DNA of 64,000 nt, from assembly GCA_043228905.1 (NCBI GenBank), contig JBHGNT010000008.1:20770001-20834000 (forward strand). The letters run 5' to 3'. A program made the translations under genes and the position numbers. Of the stretch, positions 46,640 to 58,550 are shown in pieces. Below the pieces are notes generated by a model. That model was given only the letters and a program-made list of their open reading frames with translations. It had not been told where the DNA came from and made no database searches. The first letter of the stretch is position 1; every line of letters starts with the position of its first letter. The DNA comes from Azolla caroliniana (lineage: Eukaryota > Plantae > Polypodiophyta).

Positions 46640-49600
46640 CTGCCGTTGTGACTCCCCCTACTTCCGGAGGGTTCGGAATTGCTTCCAACATTTCGATTAT
46701 GTTGCACATTCTGCTTTTTTTGGTTGCCTCCATTGCACGCCGATCCACCTCGTCCGCCACGACTACGGGGCCTATCTTCCTCCGTATACAACATCTTGCT
46801 GTGAGTGTACGTACTCGTTGATGCACCCACATGATTTTCCTCCACGAGCAACATCGACTAAAGCTCGAAGAATGAAGATGTAATCTCCCTTATGCAAACC
46901 GCTGTCCGGAATGCTCCAAACTTTGACGCTAACCCACCAAGACAAACCTGCACCATTTCGTCCTCCTCAATGTTCATGTTAACGGAGGCGAGAGAGTCAC
47001 AGATCTCCTTGATTCAGATCGTGTAATTGGCCACATACAGATCTTTCAGCCGGACATTGTTGAGCTCTTGTCTGAGCTGCAACTTCCTGGCCGTTGTGCT
47101 AGCGGCGAAAATCCTCTTGAGATTCACCCATGCGTCCTTTGGCGACTTAGCATCTTGAATGTAGCTCAAGAGCTGGTCGCTCACACAAGACGTGAAGCAG
47201 TAAAGAACTCTGCTTGCCGCTTGTTCCCAAGCTGAAAAATCTTTGTGTGCTGATTCGGGTGCTGCATCATTAGCTCCTTCGACATAACTCCAGTAACCAT
47301 GAACAAGCAGATACTAGTGCATCTTGTACGACCAAGATGCATAGTTGCTCTTGTCGAGCTTCTAAGTCTGTAGCGAGCTTCCCATTCCTCTGTCCATATT
47401 GTTATCTTATACTTTCTGAAAAACAATAACTTAACTTTGTCTATATTGCAAGCTTATCTGTCGGCTGCAGAAAAGTCTCAACCCTCGCGCTTTGATACCA
47501 TGTAAAAGAATACGTGTGTAGAAGCGTATGCGTAAGACACTGAGTACACGGTTGGGAAGTACGACAGTTCGGTAAAACAAAGAAATCACAAAGAAGGAGA
47601 GGGAGAGGTAGAGAGAGAGAGAGCAGAAACGAAACTATATTAAAAAATAATTCTCTGTATGCTCTCTATACATTCTTCGTGCTCAGTGAGCACCTTTTTA
47701 TACAAGCCCTTGGGCTAACACAAGTACTTACAATACCTGACCGCTCATAAATGAGCATCCTTCACTTACCCCCAAAATTATTCCTTACGAGGAATATAAC
47801 GGCCTCTCGGTTTACATACCGCTACGCCATATTTTGCGTACGGTTTTACACACCCAGTCTAAAAATTGGGTTACGCACCCATTTACCCACCCAAATTTGA
47901 GCTTGTCTCTCAACATATTTCATTCATTTGGGAACGGAAGTCGGTGATGCTTCTCTAACTGGCAGGCTTCGCAGACTTGGCCCTTTCAACCTCTAAATTT
48001 CAACAGGATGAAAACAATATTTTTCATCTGCATTTCTTGAACCCGGGGGAAGTTGACATGGTCGATATCCAATTCGATTTTTTGCCCTTTCGCAAAAATA
48101 GCGGTTCCAACATCGTTTGTTTCGAGGATGAACACCCTCCGTTCCCGATGCCCTTTTGTGATTATCTTGCCTTCTTCTTCGACGATTGCCCTAAGTCATA
48201 TTTATAGTTATATGAACTTAGGGCTATTTACAAATATAGCCTCAATAGGCTTACTCACGACATATTTAAAGATATGTCTTCTCTTTCGGTTCTCACCGGG
48301 TCTCCTCCGGTTTCCGGATCTCTTCCGGTTCTCACTAGGTCCTTTTTATTCATCACCGGAGCCCATCCGGAGAGACCGATTTCCCAACAAGAACCACTCC
48401 ATGTGATTCATCATGTCGTTCGATGCGCCCAAATCCACATACCACACCTCGTTTGACCTTGAGGTGTTCACCGCCATCGAGTTGGCCTTGTGCTCCATCA
48501 TGAAGGATGGGCCCGTTTCAGCTCACCCCGAGCCTTCAACATAGTGCAATCTCTGATCCCTATCTTCGTCTCCTCGGCCCAATTTGGCTCTATCCATCAC
48601 TCGCTCTCTGTGTGGCCCTTCCGGCCACAATACCAACAGTCCGTCGTGGCCTTCCCTTGCTGACCTTCGACGCTTCCTTGACTACCCTACTTGTGGAGGG
48701 TTCGGAATTGTTGTCAGCATTTCGATTATGCCTCGAGTTCTGCTCCTATCGGCCACCTCCATTGCTTGCGACCCGCCTTGTCCATCACAACCACGGGGCC
48801 AATCCGCCTCTATGTACAACATCTTGTTGTCGGTGTGCATACTCGTTGACGCACCCGAGTGGTTTTCTTCTACGAGCAACATCGACTAAAGCTCAAACAA
48901 CGAAGGTGTATTCTCCGTCGTGTAGACCGCCGTTTGGAATGCTCCGAACTTTGATGCCAACCCTCCGAAGCAAACTTGTACCATTTCGTCCTCCTTGACG
49001 TTCATGTTGACAGAGATGAGGGAGTTGCAGTTCTCCTTTATCTTGGAGGTGTAGTCAGCCATCGACATCTCTCTCTGTCGGACATTACTCAACTCATGTA
49101 TGAGTTGAAGCTTTCTTCCTGTGGTGCTCGCAGTGAAAATCTTCTTCAGATTTCCCCAAGCATCCTTCGGCGTCTTGGCATCCCGAATGTAGCTCAAAAG
49201 TTGGTCACTCACACAGGATGCAAAACAGTACATAACTCTACTGGTTGATTGCTCCTAGGCCGGGATATCTCTGTGTGTCAACTCGGGTTTTGCTCCTTCG
49301 ACATAACTCTAGTAACCATGGCTGAGCAGGCACTAGTGCATCTTGCACGACCAAGATGCATAGTTGCTCCTATCGAGCTTTTTAGTTGGAGGTGACTTTC
49401 TCATTCCTTTGTCCATGTTCCTGTCTTTTCTTTTTCCGAGAACGAAAAACTTGTCTCTGTCTTGGTCGCTTGCTTTTCTATTGGCTGCAAAGGAGTCTCA
49501 ACCTTCACGCTCTAATACCATGTAAAAGAATACGTGTGCGATAGACACTGAGTACACAGTCGGTGTTAGGAAACTCGACAGTTATGTAAACACAGAGAAT

Positions 49601-49931
49601 GGTGATAAGAGAGAGACAGAGAGAACAGACAACAAAATTCTATTTCGGATAATAAACACTTTGTACATACACCGTGCTTAGTGAGCACTTTTTATACAAG
49701 CCCTCACAAGTGAGCTGACACAAGTACCATCAGTACTTGAATGCTCATAAATGAGCCTGACACTAATTCTGCCTATATAATATTCCTATTTACTATAATA
49801 GGAATATAGGCCCTCAATGGCCTTTTGGAATCCATCCTACTAGACTCACCCAAATCGAACTTTATTTGATTCGCCTCTCGGCTCTTGGCTTCTTCAACTG
49901 ATTCGAACCATGTTGACCTTGTCTCTCAACA

Positions 49932-50130
49932 ATTCCTATTTACTAAAATAGGAATATAAGTCCCTAACAGCCTATCGGATTCCATCCGGATCGGCAGTCT
50001 GATTTGGCCTAGCAGCCGATTCAACTTTCGACTTATTAAGTCGAACTAGGTCTAGTCGATCGGTCTCCGTTCGATCCGGCTCTCGGCTTCTTCAGCCAAT
50101 TTGGCGCAAGGTTAGCTTGCTCGCTCAACA
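49932..50130 (-). mobile_element. Remnant of an older related Copia LTR adjacent to the Copia B LTR
   Basis: Repeats attcctatttacta..ataggaatata and ggctctcggcttcttcagcc...tcaaca, seen in 49781-49931 and 55561-55619. Confidence 0.6.
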
Positions 50131-50832
50131 CAAACACTAGAGAAGAAAATGATGTCAAGGAAATGAATTAATTTATCTCAATTTAATTATAATCACTCAT
50201 GAACACTTGTTTTGTGTTCTCTTCCCTTCCATCCATTAATCCGGCACTAGATTTGTCATGTAAACTTAAGAATTTAGTTTATATCATGCACACTAATTGT
50301 TCTCTTCCCTTCCATCCATTAATATGGTATTGGATTTGTCATGTAAACTTATGAATGTAGTTTATATCATGCACACTAATAACACTTGCTTTGTGTTCTC
50401 TTCCCTTCCATTCATTAATGCAGCATTGGATTTGTCATGTAAACTTCTGATTTTAGTTTATATCATGCACACTACCGGTTTGTTCGTAAAGAAATGGCTT
50501 TTCAACCTTTGATGGCTTGACAATGTCGCCAATACATAATATGAGAAACCGACGTAGTTACGAAAAGTAAAAAAACAAAGTGCCATTTGCAAATGGATGG
50601 TAATGGAAGTACATCCTTTAAGAATTTAACCAAACATTTTCTTAATACAAAGTAATGGAGTATAATACTCAGGCATTGGACCAAATTCTTGCAGCCTTTG
50701 GGCCATGAAGAGATCAAAGCAAAGCAAAGGCTCTCATGGATTTGCCAAAGACTAGATGCAAGTCACATCCTGCTTTATTTAATTTGGGCTGAAGCCAGAA
50801 ACCCTAATTCTGAACCAAACATTTCAGAAACC

Positions 50833-51189
50833 CTAATTCTTTCTAAACCTATTGATCACAAACTCAGTGATCTTTTCTGGGTCAGGTAGAACAGATGCGA
50901 CGGATGATTGCTCGAAAGCTTTGAGCCAAGCATGGAGGCGAGGATACTTCTCTTCGAGGCCGAACTTGAACCCTCCCACCGCTTCGATAGCAGAGTACCA
51001 ACAGAAGAACGGAGCAAACATTACGTCTACAAACCCCATCTTCTCTCCTCCGAAGAATTGCAGACCAGATTCTTCGGATACCTTCCCCAATGCATCTTCC
51101 AAGGTTTCCAAAGAATTCATTAGGTTCTCCCCCGCTGCCTTCCGTTCATCGCCTTGCGAAAGTAGGATCTGAACGATTCCATCGAATAT
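50833..51189 (-). CDS. GSTU: Tau-class glutathione S-transferase, copy 2, exon 2
   Basis: Acceptor at 51190/51189. IFDGIVQILLSQGDERKAAGENLMNSLETLEDALG...FFGGEKMGFVDV...KYPRLHAW...INRFRKN*. Confidence 0.92.
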   Translation of the reverse strand: MFDGIVQILLSQGDERKAAGENLMNSLETLEDALGKVSEESGLQFFGGEKMGFVDVMFAPFFCWYSAIEAVGGFKFGLEEKYPRLHAWLKAFEQSSVASVLPDPEKITEFVINRFRKN

Positions 51190-51285
51190 CTGTCAAGAAA
51201 GAAAGAAGCATCAGATATGGTGAGAATTGTCTAGCAAGAAATACTTCTTTAACCTTCTTTGGCATGATCAAGAAGATTGTTTAAC

Positions 51286-51621
51286 CTTCTTGTCCACGAA
51301 GTCGGCCCAGAATCGGGCAGTGGCCCGGCCATAGGCATCGGCCGGAAGCAGCTGATTCTGATGGCCATCAAAAGCTTCATCGATGTATTGGACAATTATG
51401 GAAGACTCGCAGATGGCTCTGTCACCATGGAGGAGCACAGGTATCTTCTTGTACACAGGGTTGGAAGCCAATAAGAGGGGGCTCTTCTGTGGCAAGTCCT
51501 CTGAGAGCTTCTCATAGTGGATCCCTTTGAGGGCCAAAGCAATGTCTACCCGCTGAGAGAAAGGGCTCGTCCAGAAGCACAGCAATCGGACCTTCTGAGC
51601 TTCCCCATGGTTCTCGGCCAT
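51286..51621 (-). CDS. GSTU: Tau-class glutathione S-transferase, copy 2, exon 1; spliced product ~230 aa
   Basis: MAENH...[38 protein letters not shown]|GT. 96-bp intron 51190-51285. Confidence 0.93.
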
Positions 51622-52314
51622 AGCCACACACACACACAAACTCACTCTCTCTCTAGGAATTCTAGTACGAATGAATTTACTCTGTTTCAGAATTCTAGTG
51701 CTAGTACTTTAACTCTAGACTCTGTTTCTCTCTGTTTTACTGGATTCTTGGACCAGTCTTGATTCTCTATTTATAGGGTTGGGAAAGATGAACCATAGAA
51801 GTTTTCAAAGAGTTTTGCATTCATATTTCATTGTTTGCTTCCCAAGGAAAAGGAAAGAAGATAGAAGATGAAAGGAAGAAACAAATAGATGTTTTTACAT
51901 TCCCAATGGGTTTTGGATTCGTATTTCTTTGTTTGCTTCCCAAGGAAAGTAAAAAAAGACAAGAAAAATATATAGAGAGACCAAAAGCCCACAAGGTTTT
52001 GAATCGGCTCTCGGTGCCCAGCTGCCCATTAGAAATCTAATGTCTCGAAGGTTGTCCTAACAAGCGATCAAAAGCCACTCGTGGCGCATGCATGCTTCAG
52101 CCCTCATAAGATCGTAGTTTAGCACTAAAGAGCATACAATCCATGACTTGGTGCCCAACCATTAGCGCATAGATCGTGTCCAATGCCCATTAGCAATAAA
52201 TGTATCGACCTTCAGAAAGATCATCAAGCCTTCTACTGCCTATCAACAATCAATGTCTTGTCCTTTAGAACGGTCACCGAGCCTCCCAATGCCCAAACAC
52301 TAGCACATCAATCG

Positions 52315-52923
52315 TGTTGAGAATCCAATCCCTCCGAATGGGATGGAGAACCAACCGGATCAGCCAAAGCCGATCGATTGAAGAGTCGGATGATAGCCGA
52401 GTTGTCCGAATCGATTCTACAACCTCAACAATGGTCGATTCGACCGATTTGGCTAGTAGCCGAATCAGACTCATCCGACTAGGCTATATTTGTAAATAGA
52501 GATATAAGTATGTAAGTATAAGTATGGCTAGGGCAAATAGTTAGTTAGTGTGTGAAGATAGTTGAACATGTGTGGTGTGTGTAAGTGTAAAGTAGTGAGT
52601 GGAACAATTGTGGCTGTTAGAGAAGGTAGAAGGCATTCTTTATGACGCTCTCTCTCTCTCTCTGTTGTTGTTGTCATCCTTTTGCATAGACGAAGACTCT
52701 GACCCTTCGGTTGTGGCCGGAGCAAAGTGTTGTAATAACCCTTGTATGTCAAGGAAGAACATTTTGTATATCCACTCATGGTGAAGTTGTTCCGGAGTCT
52801 GTGAGCTCCCGTAGTTTTTCCTGTTAGGGTTTTCCACGTTCTAGTGTACTTGTGTTCATTCTCTTCTTTGCATTATATCTTTTCTTTCCATGTGTAGTTC
52901 TACGTTCGTCGATTTGCACAACA
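52315..52923 (+). mobile_element. Copia-type solo LTR ~700 bp upstream of GST copy 2
   Basis: TGTTG...CAACA termini with perfect 5-bp TSD AATCG (52310-52314 and 52924-52928). It interrupts a degenerate tandem repeat (52020-52310, 52924-53050). Confidence 0.85.
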
Positions 52924-54329
52924 AATCGTGTCCAATGCCCATTGACAATCAACATGTTGCCCTTTGGAAAGGTCATCCTAACAAGCATCGTTAGCCACTC
53001 ATGACGCATGCATGATTCAACCCTCATAAGATCGCACTTTAGCACTAGTGAACATACTGTTAGTAAGCATATGAATCAAAGTATCATCCTTTTACTAGAA
53101 TTGTATTGGACGGATTAAAATATATATTACCATAAGCGCAAATACAAGTCTTGTTTAAGTAAATAGCATTGAAACTGGGAATATAATTATGAGAAAAACA
53201 CAATCATAGTATTCTTGTAGCTTCAAGGCTAGCCCTATGATATGATAAGAAATAAATTCACCCTAGAAATTCTAAGGCCATCATAAGACCTATGTGCAAA
53301 AGTCATCATGTACCAACTCCTTGATTAGCAAAGGATGTCCTGCAATTCCTTTAGATGAATCTCTTAGATAATACATAATTAACTAAAGCGTAAGTAAGTG
53401 AGAAATAACTAAGTTTGTAAAAAATGCAACTCTTTAACAAAGACAAAAAAGAAACCCTATATGAATCCTCTAACCAAGATGCCCGTGTATTAGAGAGGAG
53501 GCACTCCACCAAATATCCTCCCAACTCCCCTTAACTTTGGGAAGAAGAAGAGAGCCATTGATAAAAAGCATAGAAAACCCAAAGATAGAATCATTCCCCA
53601 TTTCATTTTTGGTGTGATTAGTTTCGTCATGGGTTTTTTGTAGGTTGAACGTTGTTAGATTTGTCTGATAATCTAATGCATGATTCATAAACGATGGTTG
53701 TGAAAACAAATTTGTGAAAAAAGATGAACTAACTACCCGTAGAGGTATAAAGAAAGTTGCATGTTTGTTTTCAACAATGTAAAACAAGTGTATCATTACA
53801 TCTAAGCTAATTGATTTTCAAGTATGAAAAAAAATATATTCTTGCCATGTAAATCAACAAAGATTCTTTTGATATTAAATTTAATGAAAACACAAGTTTC
53901 CAATCATTAGAGGAAGAAGAAATAATGAAAGGAAGAAGAAGAAAACTCACAAATAGAAGATGAGGAACACTCAGATATCAATCATGGAGCTATGTTTGAG
54001 CCATGTAGATCACAATGGGTAAGAAAACCTACGATGGATAGTTTAGCTTAGCATTCATTATTTGCATAACATTGTTCGCATATGTCAAATTATTGAACCT
54101 TGATTATGGACCCAAGTTCTTATGAGGATCCATTAAGCAAAAAAGAATGGTGAGAACACATGCAACAACAAATTTATACATTAAAGAAAAATAACACACG
54201 ACGAATCATAGCATAAAAATGTGTTTCTCCTGCCCTCATGACCTTCCCAGCTATCCTCACGAACTCCCTTGCATCCCCATCTCCGCCGCTTGATGGTTCA
54301 TCACCGTCAGCATATGCAAAAGTTGAATG

Positions 54330-54560
54330 GAAAAATAAAGAGTTGGGAATCCTCAACATATACATATGCACCAAACCACCCCCAAGAAAGGATTGCTAAA
54401 TTTTGGAAATCTTGTGTGGATAAAATTTCCCCCTTAGACCACTGGATTATAGCAGGGGATTTTAACATGGTTTTAAACAGAAGTGATCGGGTTGGAAGCT
54501 TCATGCATGGGAATTTCTAATTGGCTTTATTGATGGGAATATGAGACTGAATTGGGATGA
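54330..54560 (+). pseudogene. Fragment of a non-LTR (L1-like) retrotransposon apurinic-type endonuclease
   Basis: W-G-I-L-N-I / YAPN...ER..FW...WIIAGDFNMV motifs of LINE APE domains, frameshifted. Confidence 0.6.
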
Positions 54561-54629
54561 TTTAAACTTCAAACACAATTAACAAGTAGACGAAACCACA
54601 AGACGAAAAATTGGAGTACACCAAAGTTT

Positions 54630-55206
54630 TTAATGTGGAAAACCCAAAATAGGGAAAAACCACGGGATCCGTAGGTTCCGAACAACTTTACTATGATTTG
54701 AATACAATGGAATACAACCTCACTAGAGGAGTGTATCTACCTCAGGGCAATGGCCTTGGTTACAACCTTCACCCAATCGGGTGTATCCGTAGGTTCCGAA
54801 CAACTTTACTATGATCTGAATACAATGGAATACAACCTCACTAGAGGAGTGTATCTACCTTAGGGCAATGGCCTTGGTTACAACCTTCACCCAATCGGGT
54901 GTATAGAATAACAAAGATTACAACTGAGTATAGTCTCTCTAGTTTGAACTAGAGGAAATGAACTAGCCTCAAGGCAACAACCTTGGCTACTATCTTCACC
55001 CGATTGGGTGGATAAGACAACAAAGATTACAGCTCAGTATAGTCTCTCTAGTTTTGAGCTAGAGGAAATGAACTAGCCTCAAGGCAACAACCTTGGCTAC
55101 TATCTTCACCCTATTGTGTGGACAAGACAACAAAGATTACAACTAAGTGTAGTCTCTCTACTTTTGAACTAGAGGAAATGAACTAGCCTCAAGGCAACAA
55201 CCTTGG
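54630..55206. repeat. LTR-like sequence with tandem repeats: 118-bp unit x2 (54669-54904) and ~110-bp unit x~2.7 (54911-55206)
   Basis: Units are directly alignable. They follow an aatgtggaaaaccc...gggaaaaaccacgg motif typical of plant Copia LTRs. The last unit is cut by the Copia D LTR. Confidence 0.8.
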
Positions 55207-57825
55207 TGTTACCGATTAGGAACAAGGCCTACTGTAGAAAGTAGCGTGCGGAAGCAGGTATGAAGACAGAACAGAGGAAGGAAACTCAGGTTCAATGGAG
55301 AGCTTAGGCTTACATGGTATACGCAGGAGAGACAAAGAGAGAAACACAAAAAACTATATTCAGCAATAACACTCAATCTCTGTACATAAGACGTGCTCAG
55401 TGAGCACTTTTATACAAGTCCTAAAAGGACTGACCGAAGTACCGACAGTACTTCAATGCTCATCAAGAGCCCCTACACTAACTCCCAAATATATTCCTCA
55501 CGGAATATCTTTCCTAACGACCTCCCGGTTTACGCACTCGGCCTAACCGATCGGTCCCAACCGATCCGGTCCTCGGCTTCTTCAGCCGATCCGGCCGATG
55601 TTGAGCTTGTCTCTCAACACTCCCCCTCAAGCTCAACTTGAGGCTCTTCGGGATCTTCACAACACCGGTTCCTCTTGGCTTCACGCCTCGCTCGCGCTCC
55701 TCGACCTGTTCGATCCGCACGCTTCGACCCTTCCGGTCGGCTTGTCTGCTCATGCGGCCCTCATCAGCTCTTCTGTTATTGCGGTGTTGACGCTTCTTCT
55801 GCTGCCTTTTCTTCCGCTTGGGCCTCGATTGATTCAGTGTGTCTGAATCAAACATCCGAACCGACTCGGCTACCTCCGATCGGTTTTCGCTCTCGTCCGA
55901 GTTGGCTGTCTCCAACTTGTCTTCGGTCTTCTCGCCCTCGATGGCGTCATCTCCCCTATGCGTGGTTGGCTTCGGCTCTCTCCTTCGGCTGCTCCCCTTC
56001 TGTCCACTTCCGAAATTTTCCGCGGGTCCGCCCTCGGCTTCTTCAGCCGATCCGAAGTCGCCCTCGGCTTCTACAGCCGATCCGTCTTCAACAGCCGATC
56101 CGTCTTCAACCGAGTCAACAAACGAGTCAACCGACTCCGTGTCGCAGTCTCCGCTCCTTTCCTGCTGCCTTGCTTGGTCGTTCAGGACTGTTCTCCCCCT
56201 CAAGTTCGGCACATCGAGGTGACGCAACCCGAGCGCACCTGAGAATTGCCGCAACTTGTCTAGACCAAGCGGCTTTGTGAAGATGTCGGCAGCCTGCCGA
56301 TCCGTCGGAACGTACTGAAGTTCGACTTCACCGGAAAGGACACGCTCACGGACGAAGTGGTAGTGCACCTCAATGTGCTTGGTCCGTGCATGGAAGACGG
56401 GGTTCTTCGCGAGTTGGATGCTACTGAGGTTGTCGCAGTAGATCGTCGTCGGATCTGACACCTCCTCTTGCAGGTCCTTAAGTAGCCGCTTCAACCATAT
56501 GGCTTCGCATGTCGCGACAGCCGCTCCTCGGTACTCGGCTTCAGTGCTCGATAGTGCAACTGTCGGCTGCTTCTTATTGCTCCACGCGATCGCGGCACTC
56601 CCGAGGGAGAACGCGTATCCAGACGTGGATCGGCGATCGACGGCGTTGCCAGCCCAATCAGCATCGGTGTAGCCGACTAGTTGCATGGTTGCACCGGTCC
56701 GATATAGAAGTCCTCGGTCCTTAGTGCCACTTACGTACCGAAGTACGCGTTGCGCACACTAAAGGTGCTCCTCGGTAGGTCGCGCCATGAACTGACTGAT
56801 CACCCCGACCGGATAACTGAGGTCGGGTCGGGTGATGGTCAAGTATATGAGGCTTCTGACAATTTGTCGGAACCTCGTCGGGTCGCATACCTTTCCCGTA
56901 TCGGGACGAAGCTTCACGGTTCTGTCCAGAGGAGTCGAGATGGACTTACAGTCGGCCATCCCGAGTTTGAAGAGCATACTCAGCACGTAATGACGTTGGC
57001 TGATCAATATGCCTTCGGGGGTACGGATCACTTCGATCCCGAGGAAGTAATGAAGGTCCCCCAGATCCTTCATGTCGAACGATGCCGCAAGCTGGAGCTT
57101 CACACGGTCGATGTCTCCTAGGTCGGCGCCGGTGATGACCAAGTCATCAACATATAGTAAAATACTAACCGGTCCGAGTCGACCTTTCCGGATGAACAGG
57201 GAAGAGTCCGATTTTGACGTGACGAAGCCCAACCGACGCAGTTGTTGCGTGATCTTCGCGTTCCAGGCACGCGGGGCTTGCTTCAGTCCATAAAGGGACT
57301 TCTTCAATCGGCAGACTACCGAGGAGTTCGTTCCGGAGTGAAATCCAGGGGGTTGTACCATGTACACCTGTTCCTCAAGGTCACCTTGCAGGAACGCATT
57401 CTTTACATCCATCTGATGTAAGTGCCACCCCTTGGCCGTGGCTACTGTGAGCAAAACACGGACGGTCGTCATTTTCGCGACCGGCGCAAACGTCTCATTG
57501 TAGTCGATGCCGTGTTTTTGCGCGTAACCCTTTGCCACTAGCCGAGCCTTGTACCGGTTGACCGAGCCATCTGTGTTGTACTTGACTTTGTACACCCATC
57601 TACACCCGATCGGCTTTACACCCTTCGGTGCGTCAACCAGGTCCTAGGTCTCGTTCTCCGCCAATGCGTGCATCTCTTCCTCCATCGCGGCACGCCAATT
57701 CGCGTCCTTTGCTGCTTCTGCGTAGCTCTCAGGCTCACGCACTTCCGCTACATGGGTCATGTACACATAATGATGCGCCATGTACTCGTTGTATCCAAAC
57801 CGCAAAACATGATTCTCCATATTAA

Positions 57826-58330
57826 TAGACTATATAATGTCTTATACAAGGAGTGCGGGCACAATACTTCTTTGGCTGTGATTAGTGTTATTTGGTTAAC
57901 TATTTGAGGATTTAGGGTTTGGGTTTGAAGGTTTCGGGTATATGGGTTAACTGAGGTTTTTGGGTTAAATATCTTAAGGGTTTAGGGTTTTGTTCGGAGG
58001 GTTTAGGGCATATGGGTAAAATATCTGAGGGTTTAGGGTTTGGTAGACTATATGATGTATTGCACGAGGAAAGCGGGCACGATACTTATTTAGGCTACGA
58101 CTAGTGTTATTAGGTTAACTATTCTTAGGGTTTATGGGTTTGTTCTGAGGGTTTAGGGTATATGGGTTAAAATATTCTGAGGGTTTAGGGTAGTGTGTGC
58201 AAAAGTAAAGGTATTAAGGATTGGTAGGTTTAGGGTTTTAGTGGTAAGGGGAGATATGTTTGGAGAGGTATGATGATGAGGGTATGGGTTGGCGGGGATA
58301 TAATGTGTTAGGGTTATTAGTTTAGGGTTG
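57826..58330. repeat. PLE 3' end: ~218-bp tandem duplication interspersed with degenerate plant telomeric repeats (GGGTTTAGGG)
   Basis: tagactatat...gcgggcac.atactt...tagtgttatt.ggttaactatt occurs at 57826 and 58044. Several TTTAGGG/GGGTTTAGGG motifs on the + strand, i.e. CCCTAAA on the element's sense strand. Confidence 0.75.
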
Positions 58331-58493
58331 CGGGTATTGGGTAGGTTAAAGATTAAGGGAAAGAGGGGGGAGTGCCACGTTTTACTTAGTGGGAATGAAA
58401 TAGCATATATATTATTGAAAGCACAACTAACCACAACATAAAAACAATAGACACTTGAGAAGAAAATATATATTGATCAAATATATATTAATA

Positions 58494-58550
58494 TGACCTA
58501 TGTAGCAAACTAGTTTCGCTCATATATGGAGCTCATCAGTGCTTAGGTCA
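58494..58550 (-). ncRNA. Minimal type I hammerhead ribozyme in the PLE 3' UTR
   Basis: Sense strand reads TGACCTA-AGCA CTGATGA GCTC catatat GAGC GAAAC TA GTT TGCT-aca-TAGGTCA. Intact CUGAUGA/GAAA core, paired stems I and II, palindromic short stem III as in known PLE hammerheads. Confidence 0.85.

Larger units (their letters stand above)
36344..47915 (-). mobile_element. Ty1/Copia element C nested in the Copia B integrase; interrupted by Gypsy G3 and a solo LTR
   Basis: LTRs 36344-36771 and 47501-47915. TSD GATTT/TATTT (one mismatch). The Copia B frame (HRLPFPNE..NKLDLIHSDVW) joins across it. PBS remnant 47489-47500. Internal deletion of the RT C-terminus and RNaseH at ~37345. Confidence 0.85.
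34511..49931 (-). mobile_element. Ty1/Copia element B, decayed, RT deleted, interrupted by Copia C
   Basis: 5' LTR 49521-49931 with degenerate iMet PBS at 49509-49520. Gag ~48400-49416. Integrase 35152-36343 continues at 47916. Jumps directly to the RNaseH end at ~35150. 3' end truncated at ~34511. Confidence 0.8.
50131..51906. repeat. Segmental duplication unit containing GST copy 2, homologous to ~9042-10630
   Basis: 3' flank (acactagagaagaaaatgatgtcaagg...), both exons, intron and ~280 bp of promoter align with copy 1. A ~95-100 bp unit in the 3' flank is triplicated in this copy (50205-50475). Confidence 0.9.

Noticed and set aside
54669-55206. Regularly spaced repeats that might suggest a CRISPR array
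   Set aside because: Units are contiguous tandem duplications without unique spacers, there are no cas genes, and the context is eukaryotic.
57900-58330. Interstitial true telomere or chromosome-fusion scar
   Set aside because: Repeats are short, degenerate and embedded in the PLE's duplicated 3' unit. No (TTTAGGG)n array and no head-to-head junction.
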